The notes: generated by a model from the letters alone, not told the origin. 64,000 nucleotides of DNA from Candidatus Nealsonbacteria bacterium DGGOD1a (GCA_022530585.1 CP092821.1:819465-883464); one strand, 5' to 3'. Positions 18,704 to 27,906 are shown, numbered from the stretch's first letter. Program-made: numbers and translations.

Positions 18704-20278
18704 ATGTTAAATTATTTTCTATACGCCAGAAAATCTACGGATGTTGAGGATAAACAAGTCCTATCTATTGAGGCGCAGCTTTCCGAATTGCGCGATTTTG
18801 CTACGCGCGAGAATTTGACCATCATCGAGACTTTCATTGAAAAACAATCGGCCAAGATTCCGGGAAGGCCGATCTTCAACAAGATGGTCGAACAGATAGA
18901 GAAAGGCCGGGCGCAAGGCATCATTGCTTGGCACCCCGACCGGTTGGCCCGCAACAGCGTTGACGGCGGCAAGATCATCTATCTTGTCGATACCGGCACA
19001 ATCGCCGCCTTGCGCTTCCCCACCTTTTGGTTTGAACCCACGCCGCAGGGAAAATTCATGTTGAATATTTCTTTTGGCCAAAGCAAATATTATATCGATT
19101 CGCTTTCGGAAAATACCAAAAGAGGGCTTCGCCAAAAGTTAAGGCGCGGCGAATATCCGGGCCGCGTACCGGTTGGTTATATAAACGATTCGCGCGATAA
19201 AAGTATTGCGGTTGATAGAAAGAAAGCGAAAATCATCAAAGAAGCGTTTGAATTGTACGCCAAGAACGAATCAAGGCTCGAAGATATTTCTGCTTTTCTC
19301 GCGCAAAACGGAATCGTAACCAGAGGAACTAAAAGATGCGTCAAACGGAGCCAAGTGTCCCATATTTTATTAAATCCTTTCTACTACGGACATTTCCGGT
19401 TTTTAGGCGAAATCCACGAAGGAAAACACGAGCCAATTATCACAAAGAAACTTTTTGATAAAGTGCAAGAAGTTTTGAGAGATCGCGGCAAACCGCAAAG
19501 GAAAGCGAATGACCCGAAACCGCTTTGCGGTTTGCTTCATTGCGGAAATTGCGGAATGGGAATAACCGCCGAAGTCAGAAAAGGCCATACCTATTACCGC
19601 TGTACCAAAAAATCAAAAACCGTTAAGTGTTTGGAAAAGTATATCCGCGAGGAAGAACTCGACCGGCAGTTGTCCGAAGAATTGCAAAAATTTTCTTTGC
19701 CCGAAGATTGGGCAAATCGATTATCGCAAATGACCGCAAAAGAAGAACAAGGAATCTCTCAATCTTCCGCCGTCCTCACTCAAGCATCGCGCGATGAGCT
19801 ACAAGACATTAAAACCAAGCTCCCGCGCCTTTTGGACAGCTATCTCGATCAAGACGTCGACCGCGAGGACTATCGCCAAAAGAAGGCCGATCTTATGAGC
19901 CGGAAGAAAACGCTGGAAGAGAAAATCGGCGATCTTGAGCAGGGCCGTAATAGTTGGCTCGGACCGATGCGAGAATGGCTAAATGAAGCGCAAAATATAG
20001 GGAAAATCGCTCAAAATTCGGATCTTTCCGCCAAAAAGGTATCCGCCAAAAAAATCTTCGGCTCGGACCTGCATCTTTCCGCCAAAAAAATCACGGGAAG
20101 GCCCGCAATTCAATGGGCGGCGGTCGCCGCCGCGAAAAATTTTCCTCCTAAAACTGACTTAAGTTACTTAATGGAGCGAGTGAAGGGAATCGGACCCTCG
20201 TCTCGACCTTGGGAAGGTCATGTACTGCCACTGTACGACACTCGCGAGTTCGTCCCGCCGTGGCGGGACAATTTTTAA
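18704..20278 (+). CDS. Large serine recombinase; C-terminus read antisense through tRNA-Gly
   Basis: YARKS catalytic motif, DRLARN, recombinase domain, CGNCG..YYRC..C zinc ribbon, coiled coil. Confidence 0.95.
   Translation: MLNYFLYARKSTDVEDKQVLSIEAQLSELRDFATRENLTIIETFIEKQSAKIPGRPIFNKMVEQIEKGRAQGIIAWHPDRLARNSVDGGKIIYLVDTGTIAALRFPTFWFEPTPQGKFMLNISFGQSKYYIDSLSENTKRGLRQKLRRGEYPGRVPVGYINDSRDKSIAVDRKKAKIIKEAFELYAKNESRLEDISAFLAQNGIVTRGTKRCVKRSQVSHILLNPFYYGHFRFLGEIHEGKHEPIITKKLFDKVQEVLRDRGKPQRKANDPKPLCGLLHCGNCGMGITAEVRKGHTYYRCTKKSKTVKCLEKYIREEELDRQLSEELQKFSLPEDWANRLSQMTAKEEQGISQSSAVLTQASRDELQDIKTKLPRLLDSYLDQDVDREDYRQKKADLMSRKKTLEEKIGDLEQGRNSWLGPMREWLNEAQNIGKIAQNSDLSAKKVSAKKIFGSDLHLSAKKITGRPAIQWAAVAAAKNFPPKTDLSYLMERVKGIGPSSRPWEGHVLPLYDTREFVPPWRDNF
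20028..20176 (+). repeat. LSR 3'-end arm (copy A) abutting the tRNA-Gly CCA end
   Basis: CCGCCAAAAA boxes at 20028, 20043, 20079; ATGGAG at 20171-20176 overlaps the tRNA 3' end. Confidence 0.9.
20172..20245 (-). tRNA. tRNA-Gly(CCC) with encoded CCA
   Basis: GCGAGTG acceptor, GTAC D-stem, TGACC-TTCCCAA-GGTCG anticodon arm, GAGGG-TCCGATT-CCCTT T-arm, CACTCGC-T-CCA. Confidence 0.95.
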
Positions 20279-20330
20279 TTTTCATTAAAACTTCAATTTT
20301 CAAAAAATTTTCAATGTTTCAAATGCCGAT

Positions 20331-20717
20331 TCAGTCTTCTTTTTGTGATGTATTTACTATTTTCTGGAATATCATCGTCAATTCTTGCGCTTCCTGCCAC
20401 AATTTTCGTATTTCTTCCTTGTTTTCCGGAAAACAAACCGCGATCATCCTTAACCAATGTTTTGTTTCTTGACATTCTTTCTTGCAAATATAAATTTTGT
20501 TCCTAAAGTCCTTCTTTGAGCTGGCGCCATTTGCTTCCATATAATTCGCACCGACACTCGTGCCCGACCTTACGATTTGGCTGATAAGCGGTTTTGAAAT
20601 CGTATCTTGTTTTACCGCTCTGCAAAAGATTATAACACTCTCGCCAAATTTAGCGGTGCGTTCTTCCAGATCGTAGCTTTTGCCACCATTTGAAACATTG
20701 CAATTTGAAACATTCAT
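20331..20717 (-). CDS. Four-helix-bundle protein (23S rRNA IVP/TIGR02436-like)
   Basis: YDLEERTAKF, QIVRSGTSVGANYMEA, SKKDF.NKI.IC.KE..ET..WL. Confidence 0.9.
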   Translation of the reverse strand: MNVSNCNVSNGGKSYDLEERTAKFGESVIIFCRAVKQDTISKPLISQIVRSGTSVGANYMEANGASSKKDFRNKIYICKKECQETKHWLRMIAVCFPENKEEIRKLWQEAQELTMIFQKIVNTSQKED

Positions 20718-20754
20718 TGAAAATTGGAATTTGAAAATTAAAAATTGTAAATGA

Positions 20755-21340
20755 CCCTGCGGCAAGACCGCAGGGCGTTCGCAGCTACAATTCAAACAAT
20801 CGTAACTGGCTCACGTCTTTTGGTCTGCCTTGGTTTTGAATGTATCGCTCAATAACTTTCCTATTACCGCGTGCGCTGATCGTAGCGATATAATAGCCGT
20901 CTGTCCAGAAATCTCCACCCCAGAGTTCTTTTTTAATTTCGGGAACTTGCCGGAACACCTCGCGCGCGGTAATGCTTTTTATTATTTTGATAACCTGGCC
21001 GCCGGAATACTTCGGCAGGAATCTTGCCAGAATATGGGCGTGGTCTTGGTCGAATCCCACATGGCTGATCTCAATGGCGTACCGTTCCATAAATCCTTTC
21101 AGGCTCTCGACAATTGCGGCAATCACCTTTTCGTTCAGTAATGCTTTGCGATATTTGACCGTAATCTGGATGTGGTAATAACATTCGGAAACATTGTGGT
21201 ACCAACGCCAGATATCCCGCTTTTCTTGCTCCATATTGGCTTATTGTAACACGGACGCGCTTTCGCGCGTGATGGTAGGGGGATATCCCCCTACCAAACC
21301 ACCCCCTTAAGTTGTTCCCTGCGGCAAGACCGACAGGGTG
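20755..21340 (-). mobile_element. IS200-like element (tnpA only) with terminal hairpins
   Basis: CCCTGCGGCAAGACCG(A)CAGGG at 20755-20775 and 21317-21338 flanking a Y1 transposase. Confidence 0.85.
20785..21234 (-). CDS. tnpA: IS200/IS605 Y1 transposase
   Basis: HUH motif DHAHIL, FWTDGYY, YIQNQ. Confidence 0.93.
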   Translation of the reverse strand: MEQEKRDIWRWYHNVSECYYHIQITVKYRKALLNEKVIAAIVESLKGFMERYAIEISHVGFDQDHAHILARFLPKYSGGQVIKIIKSITAREVFRQVPEIKKELWGGDFWTDGYYIATISARGNRKVIERYIQNQGRPKDVSQLRLFEL

Positions 21341-21350
21341 AAAACATTAT

Positions 21351-21755
21351 TTAAGGTTTGATTCCTTTGATTTTTTCCCACAGGTCACTCCAGAAGGTGT
21401 CGCCGGAAACGGTTCCATCTTGTTTTGTAGCAGAGGTTTGTCCGTCTTGCAAGACCGCGATCACCTCTTCGCCCGGTTTTTTATAACCTTGCTCGCGCAT
21501 CTTTTCCTCCTGGAAACTTTCCCCCTGCGCGGCGTTCAAGCCGGCTTTGAGCGCGTCACGGCGTTCTTCCAAAATCTGAATCTGCCCCTGCATTTTTTTG
21601 ATCTCGACATCCAGCGCCTGGCGGCTATTGTAGATGCGCCAATTCGAAAGTGCCAAAAACGCGACCACGGCCAAAGCGGCCAACCCCGCCGCCGCCGAGA
21701 CGAATTTTGATTTCAGCGAAGACTTCTTCCTGATTTTTGGAATCCTGATTGCCAT
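21351..21755 (-). CDS. Septum formation initiator (FtsB/DivIC-like)
   Basis: TM helix, coiled coil, REQGYKKPGEEVI. Confidence 0.75.
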   Translation of the reverse strand: MAIRIPKIRKKSSLKSKFVSAAAGLAALAVVAFLALSNWRIYNSRQALDVEIKKMQGQIQILEERRDALKAGLNAAQGESFQEEKMREQGYKKPGEEVIAVLQDGQTSATKQDGTVSGDTFWSDLWEKIKGIKP

Positions 21756-21792
21756 ATGGATTCAAAATAACAAAATTTTCAATTACCAATTT

Positions 21793-22400
21793 ACTTTAAA
21801 TTACGAAATAGCAAATTTTGAAATCAATTTTCGGCGTAATCGCGGAAATTTGATTTCAAAATTTGCGCGGTTACCGCCGCGTTTGGTGAAAATTGACTTC
21901 CCAAAAGCTGAAGTCAAATTTCCCCAAACGCTAATTTCGTAGTTCAAAGGAATTTAAATGCAACACCGCGAATCCGTTGAGAATTGACTTCCCATTCGCC
22001 TAGCGGCGAAGCTGAAGTCAAGTCTCCACAGATTTGCTTTGGCATTATCTTCAGCGAACGATTAACTTGGATCGCTTGACTTACGCCTCGAAATATCCGA
22101 TAAATAATACATTGGATATCCGCCGAACCGATAAGTTATTTTACCTCAAAAACAAACAAATATGAAATCCAAAAAAATCATCAAGGGCGTCTGGAAAGTT
22201 ATGATCATTTTTGTGGCCTTGAGCACCGTCCTGTCCTTGGTCGCGGTCGCGCTCTACTGAAGAATCCGTTAATTCAACTAAAAAAACGCCGTACCTGGCG
22301 TTTTTGCGTAATTATAATTTGGCTATTATACCATCGATTGCCGCAAATTCGTTGAGGATTGACCTCCCAAAAGCTGAGGTCAAACCTCAACGAATTTGCT
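21793..22400. repeat. Cluster of REP-like palindromes (ATTGACYTCCC...GCTGARGTCAA, three copies)
   Basis: Copies near 21890, 21982 and 22357; the first lies inside a (C)TTTRAATTACGAAA...TTTCGTAGTTCAAAGG shell. Confidence 0.7.
22162..22260 (+). CDS. 32-aa single-TM microprotein (DUF4044/Prli42-like)
   Basis: MKSKKIIKGVWKVMIIFVALSTVLSLVAVALY; followed by the hairpin AAAAACGCC-GTACCT-GGCGTTTTT. Confidence 0.6.
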   Translation: MKSKKIIKGVWKVMIIFVALSTVLSLVAVALY

Positions 22401-22429
22401 CCCCGGTCAATAATCGTCCACTTCGGCGT

Positions 22430-24235
22430 TTAGCCGGCTTTGAACATATCCATAAACACCGTGGGCGGGATATGGACCTGGCCGCGAGCTTGCAATTTCT
22501 TCTTGCCTTCTTTTTGTTTTTTCAATAATTTGTTTTTTCGGGTCACATCGCCGCCGTACAACGGCGCGGTTACATCTCTTCTCTTGGCGCCCAAAGTTTC
22601 GCGCGCCACCACTTTGCCGCCCAAAACCGCCTGAATCGGCAGGGAAAACATTTGCGATGGCAATTTATCCTTGAGCTTGGCGGCGATCTTGCGGCCCTCG
22701 GGCATCGCTTCTTCCTCGGGAACGATCTTGGCGAACGCTTCTTCCTTCTCGCCGTTGATCAAAATTTCCAGCTTGACCAAATTGGCCGGCCGATAACCGA
22801 TAAGCTCGTAGTTCATCGACGCGTAACCCTGGCTTACACCCTTGAGCGAATCATAGAATCCGCTCACGATCTTGCGCATCGGAATCTCGTAGCCCAAAAG
22901 CAATTTTTCATTGCCCACATAATCGGTGTTGATATAAATGGCATTGTATTCTTTGGCCATATCCGAAATCGGTCCCAGATAATCGATCGGCGTGACGATC
23001 TCCAGCTTCACCCACGGCTCGGAAGCTTCCTTGACCGCCGATTGGTCGGGCCAATCGCTGCTCGTATAGATCACCTGTTCGTCGCCCCGGTTATCCTTGA
23101 TCTTGTAGACCACCGACGGCGAAGAAATTATCAGATCCAGATCAAATTCGCGAAACAGCCGTTCGCAAACGATTTCGGCGTGCAAAGTTCCCAAAAAACC
23201 GCAACGATAACCCCGTCCCAAAAATTCTTTCATTTCCGGCTCAAAAATAAACGACGGGTCGCTCAATTTCAGTTTCGACAGCGCCACTTTCAAATCATCG
23301 AAATCATCGGCGTTTTCCGGATAGACCGAAGCGAAGATCATCGGCTTGGGTTCGTCATAACCCGGCAAAGGCCGGACCAAAAAAGTTTTGGTCTTTTCAC
23401 TGTACGCCCAAGCCTGCGTGATCGTTTCCCCCACCCGCACCTTTTCCGGGTCTTTAACGCCTGTGGCAACATAACCGATCTCGCCGCAAACCAAACCGGT
23501 TGATTTCTCCATTTGCGGCAAAAAATAACCGGTTTCCTTGACAATGCCGTCAACTTTATTTTGTATCAATCGCAATTTATCGTTGAACGCCACGCGGCCG
23601 TCCATCAGGCGCACATACGCGATCACCCCCTGATAAGGGTCGTATTTAGAATCAAACACCAGCGCGCGCAAGGGTTTTTCCTTGTCACCGAGGGGCGCCG
23701 GCACTTTTTTAATCACCTCGTCCAGCAATTGGTCCACATTCAAACCGCTGCGCGCCGACACCGCGAAAATATCCTCCGGCTTTAAATTCAAAAGCGCGGC
23801 CAGATCGGCTTTGGCTTCATCGACTTTGGCATACGGCAAATCGATTTTATTGATCGCCGGAATAATCACCAAATTCTGTTTTCGCGCCAGATCAAGGTTG
23901 GCCAAAGTCTGCGCCTGAATACCCTGCGCCACATCCACCAATAAAATCGCGCCTTCCACCGCCTCCAGACTGCGGCTCACTTCATAGCCAAAATCCACAT
24001 GGCCGGGTGTGTCGATCAAGTTCATCGCGTATCCCTTGTATTCCATCCGCACCGGCGTCATTTTAATGGTTATCCCCCTTTCCTTTTCCAAATCCATCAT
24101 ATCCAGATGCTGTGTTTCCAGCTTGTCTTTTTTGATGGTGCCGGTTATTTCCAAAAACCGGTCGGCCAAAGTCGACTTGCCGTGATCAACATGGCTGATG
24201 ATCACAAAATTCCTTATTTTCGATTGATCGTGCAT
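22430..24235 (-). CDS. lepA: Elongation factor 4
   Basis: IRNFVIISHVDHGKSTLADR, ERGITIK, DTPGHVDF, YGGDVTRKNKLLKKQKEGKK. Confidence 0.97.
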   Translation of the reverse strand: MHDQSKIRNFVIISHVDHGKSTLADRFLEITGTIKKDKLETQHLDMMDLEKERGITIKMTPVRMEYKGYAMNLIDTPGHVDFGYEVSRSLEAVEGAILLVDVAQGIQAQTLANLDLARKQNLVIIPAINKIDLPYAKVDEAKADLAALLNLKPEDIFAVSARSGLNVDQLLDEVIKKVPAPLGDKEKPLRALVFDSKYDPYQGVIAYVRLMDGRVAFNDKLRLIQNKVDGIVKETGYFLPQMEKSTGLVCGEIGYVATGVKDPEKVRVGETITQAWAYSEKTKTFLVRPLPGYDEPKPMIFASVYPENADDFDDLKVALSKLKLSDPSFIFEPEMKEFLGRGYRCGFLGTLHAEIVCERLFREFDLDLIISSPSVVYKIKDNRGDEQVIYTSSDWPDQSAVKEASEPWVKLEIVTPIDYLGPISDMAKEYNAIYINTDYVGNEKLLLGYEIPMRKIVSGFYDSLKGVSQGYASMNYELIGYRPANLVKLEILINGEKEEAFAKIVPEEEAMPEGRKIAAKLKDKLPSQMFSLPIQAVLGGKVVARETLGAKRRDVTAPLYGGDVTRKNKLLKKQKEGKKKLQARGQVHIPPTVFMDMFKAG

Positions 24236-24254
24236 CTTTTTACAAATAGGTATT

Positions 24255-24305
24255 TTGCAATGCTCAAAGCATTGCAATGCAGTAGCAATGCTTTGAGCAT
24301 TGCAA
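24255..24305. repeat. Nested perfect palindrome between murJ and lepA
   Basis: TTGCAATGCTCAAAGCATTGC-9 nt-GCAATGCTTTGAGCATTGCAA. Confidence 0.8.
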
Positions 24306-24312
24306 TGGCAAT

Positions 24313-25875
24313 TCAAGAAGCCAATAATTCCTTAATCTCGGGCGTTCTAAAAAGCCAAGCCGCGGCCAGATAAACCGCGCCGCCGACCGCGCCGCCGGCA
24401 AGCAAAGTCGAAAGCGGACCAACGGAAAACGGCAAAGCTTCCATCGTCAAATATAGCGCAAGCGCCATAAAAATTCCAGCGCCGATCGATTTAAACAAGG
24501 AAAAACAAATCTCTCTCGCCAAAACCGGCACCCGGTTTTTGCGCCGGAGCAAAAACCACAGTATCGCAAATTGCAACAAATTGGCGATGCCATAAGCCAG
24601 CGCCAATCCCAAAATCCGAGCCCAGGGCGCGAACCAAAAGACGAACCAAAAACTCATGGCGATATTTGCCGCCACCGAAACAACCGTGGACCAAGTGGGC
24701 GAAGCGGTGTCTTTCATGGCGAAAAACAAGCGAAACAGCGCCGGCATTGCGGCCGCGAAATATATTCCCAAACAGAAAACCATTAATGTGAGCGCGCAAA
24801 TCTCCGCGTCATAAGCGTCGAATTCCCCGTGCCGATACAAAAAATCCACCAACGGCCGGCTTAAAAAGAATATCAAAACCGCGGCCGGAATCGCCAAGAA
24901 GCCAACCTGGCGCAAAGTTTGAGAAAATTTTTGGGCCAATTTTTGCGTCCGGCCTTCGGTGAAATATTTTGAAAATGGCGCGAATGCCGCCGTGGCCCAG
25001 GAAACGCCGACAATCCCCACCGGCAGAGAAAAGATATTGCTGGCCAAATTAAAAATCGTAATCGATCCCGGCGCCAAAGTTGAACCGATGATCGTGGGTA
25101 TGATCAGATTTATCTGATTGGCCGCGATCCCCAAAGTGCGGGGTAACATCAAACCAAATACCCGCTTTAATGATTCGGCGCGCAAATCAAAAACGGCCCG
25201 CCAGCGAAAACCGCATTTGACCGCGGGCGCGATTTGAATCGCCAGATAAAGCAACGCGCCCAGAATCACGCCAACGCCCGCGCCCGCGATTCCCCATTCG
25301 GGCGCCAGAAATAAAATTCCCGCGATGATTCCCAGGTTATAAAGCGGCGCGGCCAAGCTGTAGGCCAGAAATTTTTTAAAGTATTGCAGAACTCCCGAAA
25401 ATATCGATGCGATTCCGAAAATTACGGGACTCAAGAACATCAACCGGCTCAAAAACGCGGTTTGGCTTAATTGTTCCGGCGAAAATCCGGGCGCCACCAA
25501 AACCACAAGCTGCGGCGCGAAAACAAAAAAAACCGCGGCCGACAACGCCAGCAAACCAAAAAAAACATTCAGGATGTTGTTTGTAAAACGCCACGCGCTT
25601 TCCTTGTCTTTTTGGTAATAATCCGAAAAAAGCGGCAGAAATGCCACTGTGATCCCGCCGAAAACCAAAACATTGTAAATAAAGTCCGGGATGCGGAACG
25701 CCGCGAAATACACATCCAAATCCGATCCGGCGCCGAACCGCGCCGCCAACAGCCAGTCGCGCAACACTCCCAGCAACCGGCTGGCAACCGCCGAAACCGC
25801 CAAAATCATTGCCGGAACGGCGATTCCCCGGCTTTGCGCGTTAATCAGGTTGCCGTTAGAAAAATGATTGAACAT
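24313..25875 (-). CDS. murJ: Lipid II flippase MurJ/MviN
   Basis: SRLLGVLRD, DVYFAAFRIPD, many TM helices. Confidence 0.93.
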   Translation of the reverse strand: MFNHFSNGNLINAQSRGIAVPAMILAVSAVASRLLGVLRDWLLAARFGAGSDLDVYFAAFRIPDFIYNVLVFGGITVAFLPLFSDYYQKDKESAWRFTNNILNVFFGLLALSAAVFFVFAPQLVVLVAPGFSPEQLSQTAFLSRLMFLSPVIFGIASIFSGVLQYFKKFLAYSLAAPLYNLGIIAGILFLAPEWGIAGAGVGVILGALLYLAIQIAPAVKCGFRWRAVFDLRAESLKRVFGLMLPRTLGIAANQINLIIPTIIGSTLAPGSITIFNLASNIFSLPVGIVGVSWATAAFAPFSKYFTEGRTQKLAQKFSQTLRQVGFLAIPAAVLIFFLSRPLVDFLYRHGEFDAYDAEICALTLMVFCLGIYFAAAMPALFRLFFAMKDTASPTWSTVVSVAANIAMSFWFVFWFAPWARILGLALAYGIANLLQFAILWFLLRRKNRVPVLAREICFSLFKSIGAGIFMALALYLTMEALPFSVGPLSTLLAGGAVGGAVYLAAAWLFRTPEIKELLAS

Positions 25876-25942
25876 AAAATACAACAAATACTCTTTAAAA
25901 AGGGTCTAACCCTCGCGATCACACGAAAGATAGACCCTAAAA

Positions 25943-26334
25943 ACGGAAAACCCAAGCCGGCAATAAGCCGAATTCTGTGTCGCCCCGCCGGATTTGGCGG
26001 GACCAAGCAATCATTTATCTGGACCGCAAATTGCTTCGCGGCCTCAAGCGGTTTACTTTTCACCCCGCTTTGGGCGGGGTGTTTAACCTTGCACCCGAGC
26101 AAGGATTTAGCCGTTTCACCCCTATGTCGCCATAGGATTAATCCCCGGCCTTTCGGCTTGGGATTCTTCCGCCTTTCGGCTCGAGCGTCACTGTTCGCAC
26201 CTCTACCTCGCGGTCGAAGGGAATTACCCTCTGCTTTTTTCCCTCGCCTTGCGGTTCGGGAAGAGTGTTCGGACTTTCCTCTCTCGAAGATTTTAATCTT
26301 CGGGAGCGATTGCGTACCAGCTTGGGTTTTCCGT
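25943..26334 (-). ncRNA. rnpB: RNase P RNA
   Basis: GAGGAAAGTCCG and ACAGAATTCGGCTTAT conserved segments; terminal P1 helix ACGGAAAACCCAAGCTGG/CCGGCTTGGGTTTTCCGT. Confidence 0.93.
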
Positions 26335-26398
26335 CCAATCGTCCCGTTTTCGCGGCATATCCCGTTAGTTCCAGAACTCTTGTTATCGTAACTTCTAT

Positions 26399-26428
26399 AG
26401 TTTAACAATTAAAATCAACACCTGTCAA
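26399..26428 (-). promoter_or_regulatory. Putative sigma70 promoter of rnpB
   Basis: TTGACA-18 bp-TAAACT. Confidence 0.55.
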
Positions 26429-26443
26429 GATAAATATTTTTAA

Positions 26444-27906
26444 TGTCAAATGATAATAGAAATGTCATACCCTGAATTTTTTTAGAAATGTCATACTTGG
26501 AAAAATTTTTAGAAAATTTCGCTTTCAAGAAAATACCTTTTCGTATTCTTCCAGCTTGGCAAACTTTCCGCGCCAGGGATGGTTCGGCGCCGGAGTGCGC
26601 GCCTTGCTCGCCGCAATCGCCACCGGCAGCGGCTCAGCCGCCTTTTGCGGCTTGGCCGGCAAAAGCTTGAAATTCAAGTATTTGCCGCGCAATCTGATCG
26701 CCAGCGATCCGTCAAGCCGTTCTTCAACCAGCGCTTTTTCTTGCCGCCGGATTGTTAATGGCTGTTCTTTGCTTAATTGATACCAATGATTTTTGAATTG
26801 AATGGTAAAGTCATTTTTCACTTGCCGGGTTGACTGGACCGAGAATATCGCGTCCAAATTCGATAATTCCTTGTCGGTCAGTTTGCGATGCAGATCGGTC
26901 TTGATTTTGGGAGCGACGGCGAATCTTTTGCCGTAGTCGCCGGCCCAGAATTCTTCCAAAAACTCATTGGCTTCTTCAACAGTGGAAATGTTTTGCAAGC
27001 GCAATTCCTTTACCAGCCGGTCTTGGAAGGTGCCGAAAGGATTCTCCACCCGGCCTTTGGCTTGCGGACTGTGGGCGGTGATCAGGGCAATATCCAATTC
27101 TTTGCAAGCCCTTTGAAATTGCGTTAACAGCTCATGATTGTCTTTGGCGTTCTTGTGGTTGATTTTGTAAGTGCTGAATTTGTCCAAGTAGATGGCAATC
27201 GGCTTGCCGTATTTTTGAATGTATTCCTTCCAGTAGGCAAAGACATCTTGAATGCCTTCGCTTGTGCCGAGTTTGAGCTTGACCGGCTTGCCGGTGGCAT
27301 CGTCAATGCCGGAGAGCAGGCAAAATTCCCCGCCGCGACCTTCAAACCAGAAATGGTAGCAACCGTCAAACTGGATCATCTCGCCGAAACTGTCCTTGCG
27401 TTCCCTTTGGGAGCGATATTGTTTGTTGCGCTTTCGTTTTTTGGGAATCCAGATTTTTTCTTTGATCATCAAGTTTCGCGTGGCGGCCGGGCCGATATCC
27501 AGACGATGGATTTCCACCAGCTTTTCATGGGCGAATACGGGACCGAAATCAGGGTAATTTGTTTCAATTATATCTTTGGCTTCTTGATACAATGCCGGAT
27601 CGGTTTTGTGGTTGCTTTCCCTGCCTCTTAATTTGTGAATGATGCCTTTGGCGCCATTGGCGATTGTTCTTGCCTTCAAACGCTTTACCTGCCTTACCGA
27701 CAGAGATAATTGCTTGGCCGCGTCCGTGCCGTTGATCAATTTGGCAATCAAATTCTTGATCACTTGATACTTGGCTAAATCTTTTTGCGTCATACCAATA
27801 ATTTCTTTTTCCATGGTTGATGGGATTAATTTATTAATCCCATCATACCGCGAGGTATGACATTTCTATTATCACCGTACTATGACATTACTATTATTAA
27901 ATGACA
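26444..27906 (-). mobile_element. IS1202-family (ISNCY) element with a 15-bp target duplication
   Basis: TGTCA...TGACA ends, repeated TAGAAATGTCATA subterminal motifs, GATAAATATTTTTAA at 26429-26443 and 27907-27921. Confidence 0.9.
26525..27814 (-). CDS. DDE transposase (IS1202/ISNCY type)
   Basis: HTH LSVRQVKRL, QFDGC.H.WFE, IDDATG, YLDK, SPQAKGRVE, PAPNHPWR. Confidence 0.92.
   Translation of the reverse strand: MEKEIIGMTQKDLAKYQVIKNLIAKLINGTDAAKQLSLSVRQVKRLKARTIANGAKGIIHKLRGRESNHKTDPALYQEAKDIIETNYPDFGPVFAHEKLVEIHRLDIGPAATRNLMIKEKIWIPKKRKRNKQYRSQRERKDSFGEMIQFDGCYHFWFEGRGGEFCLLSGIDDATGKPVKLKLGTSEGIQDVFAYWKEYIQKYGKPIAIYLDKFSTYKINHKNAKDNHELLTQFQRACKELDIALITAHSPQAKGRVENPFGTFQDRLVKELRLQNISTVEEANEFLEEFWAGDYGKRFAVAPKIKTDLHRKLTDKELSNLDAIFSVQSTRQVKNDFTIQFKNHWYQLSKEQPLTIRRQEKALVEERLDGSLAIRLRGKYLNFKLLPAKPQKAAEPLPVAIAASKARTPAPNHPWRGKFAKLEEYEKVFS

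Noticed and set aside
9540-20120. CRISPR array suggested by repeat-spacer-repeat CCGCCAAAAAAATC units and a Cas2-like protein
   Set aside because: Only 2-3 short boxes per site, short spacers, no cas1 or effector genes; the Cas2-like domain belongs to a PaaX-type protein 30 kb away.
20331-20717. Diversity-generating retroelement (Avd-like gene)
   Set aside because: No reverse transcriptase, and no repeat pair with adenine-specific mismatches; the secA and LSR duplicates differ at all base types.
25471-26408. ORFs of 187-306 aa over this interval
   Set aside because: Shadow ORFs over RNase P RNA and murJ.
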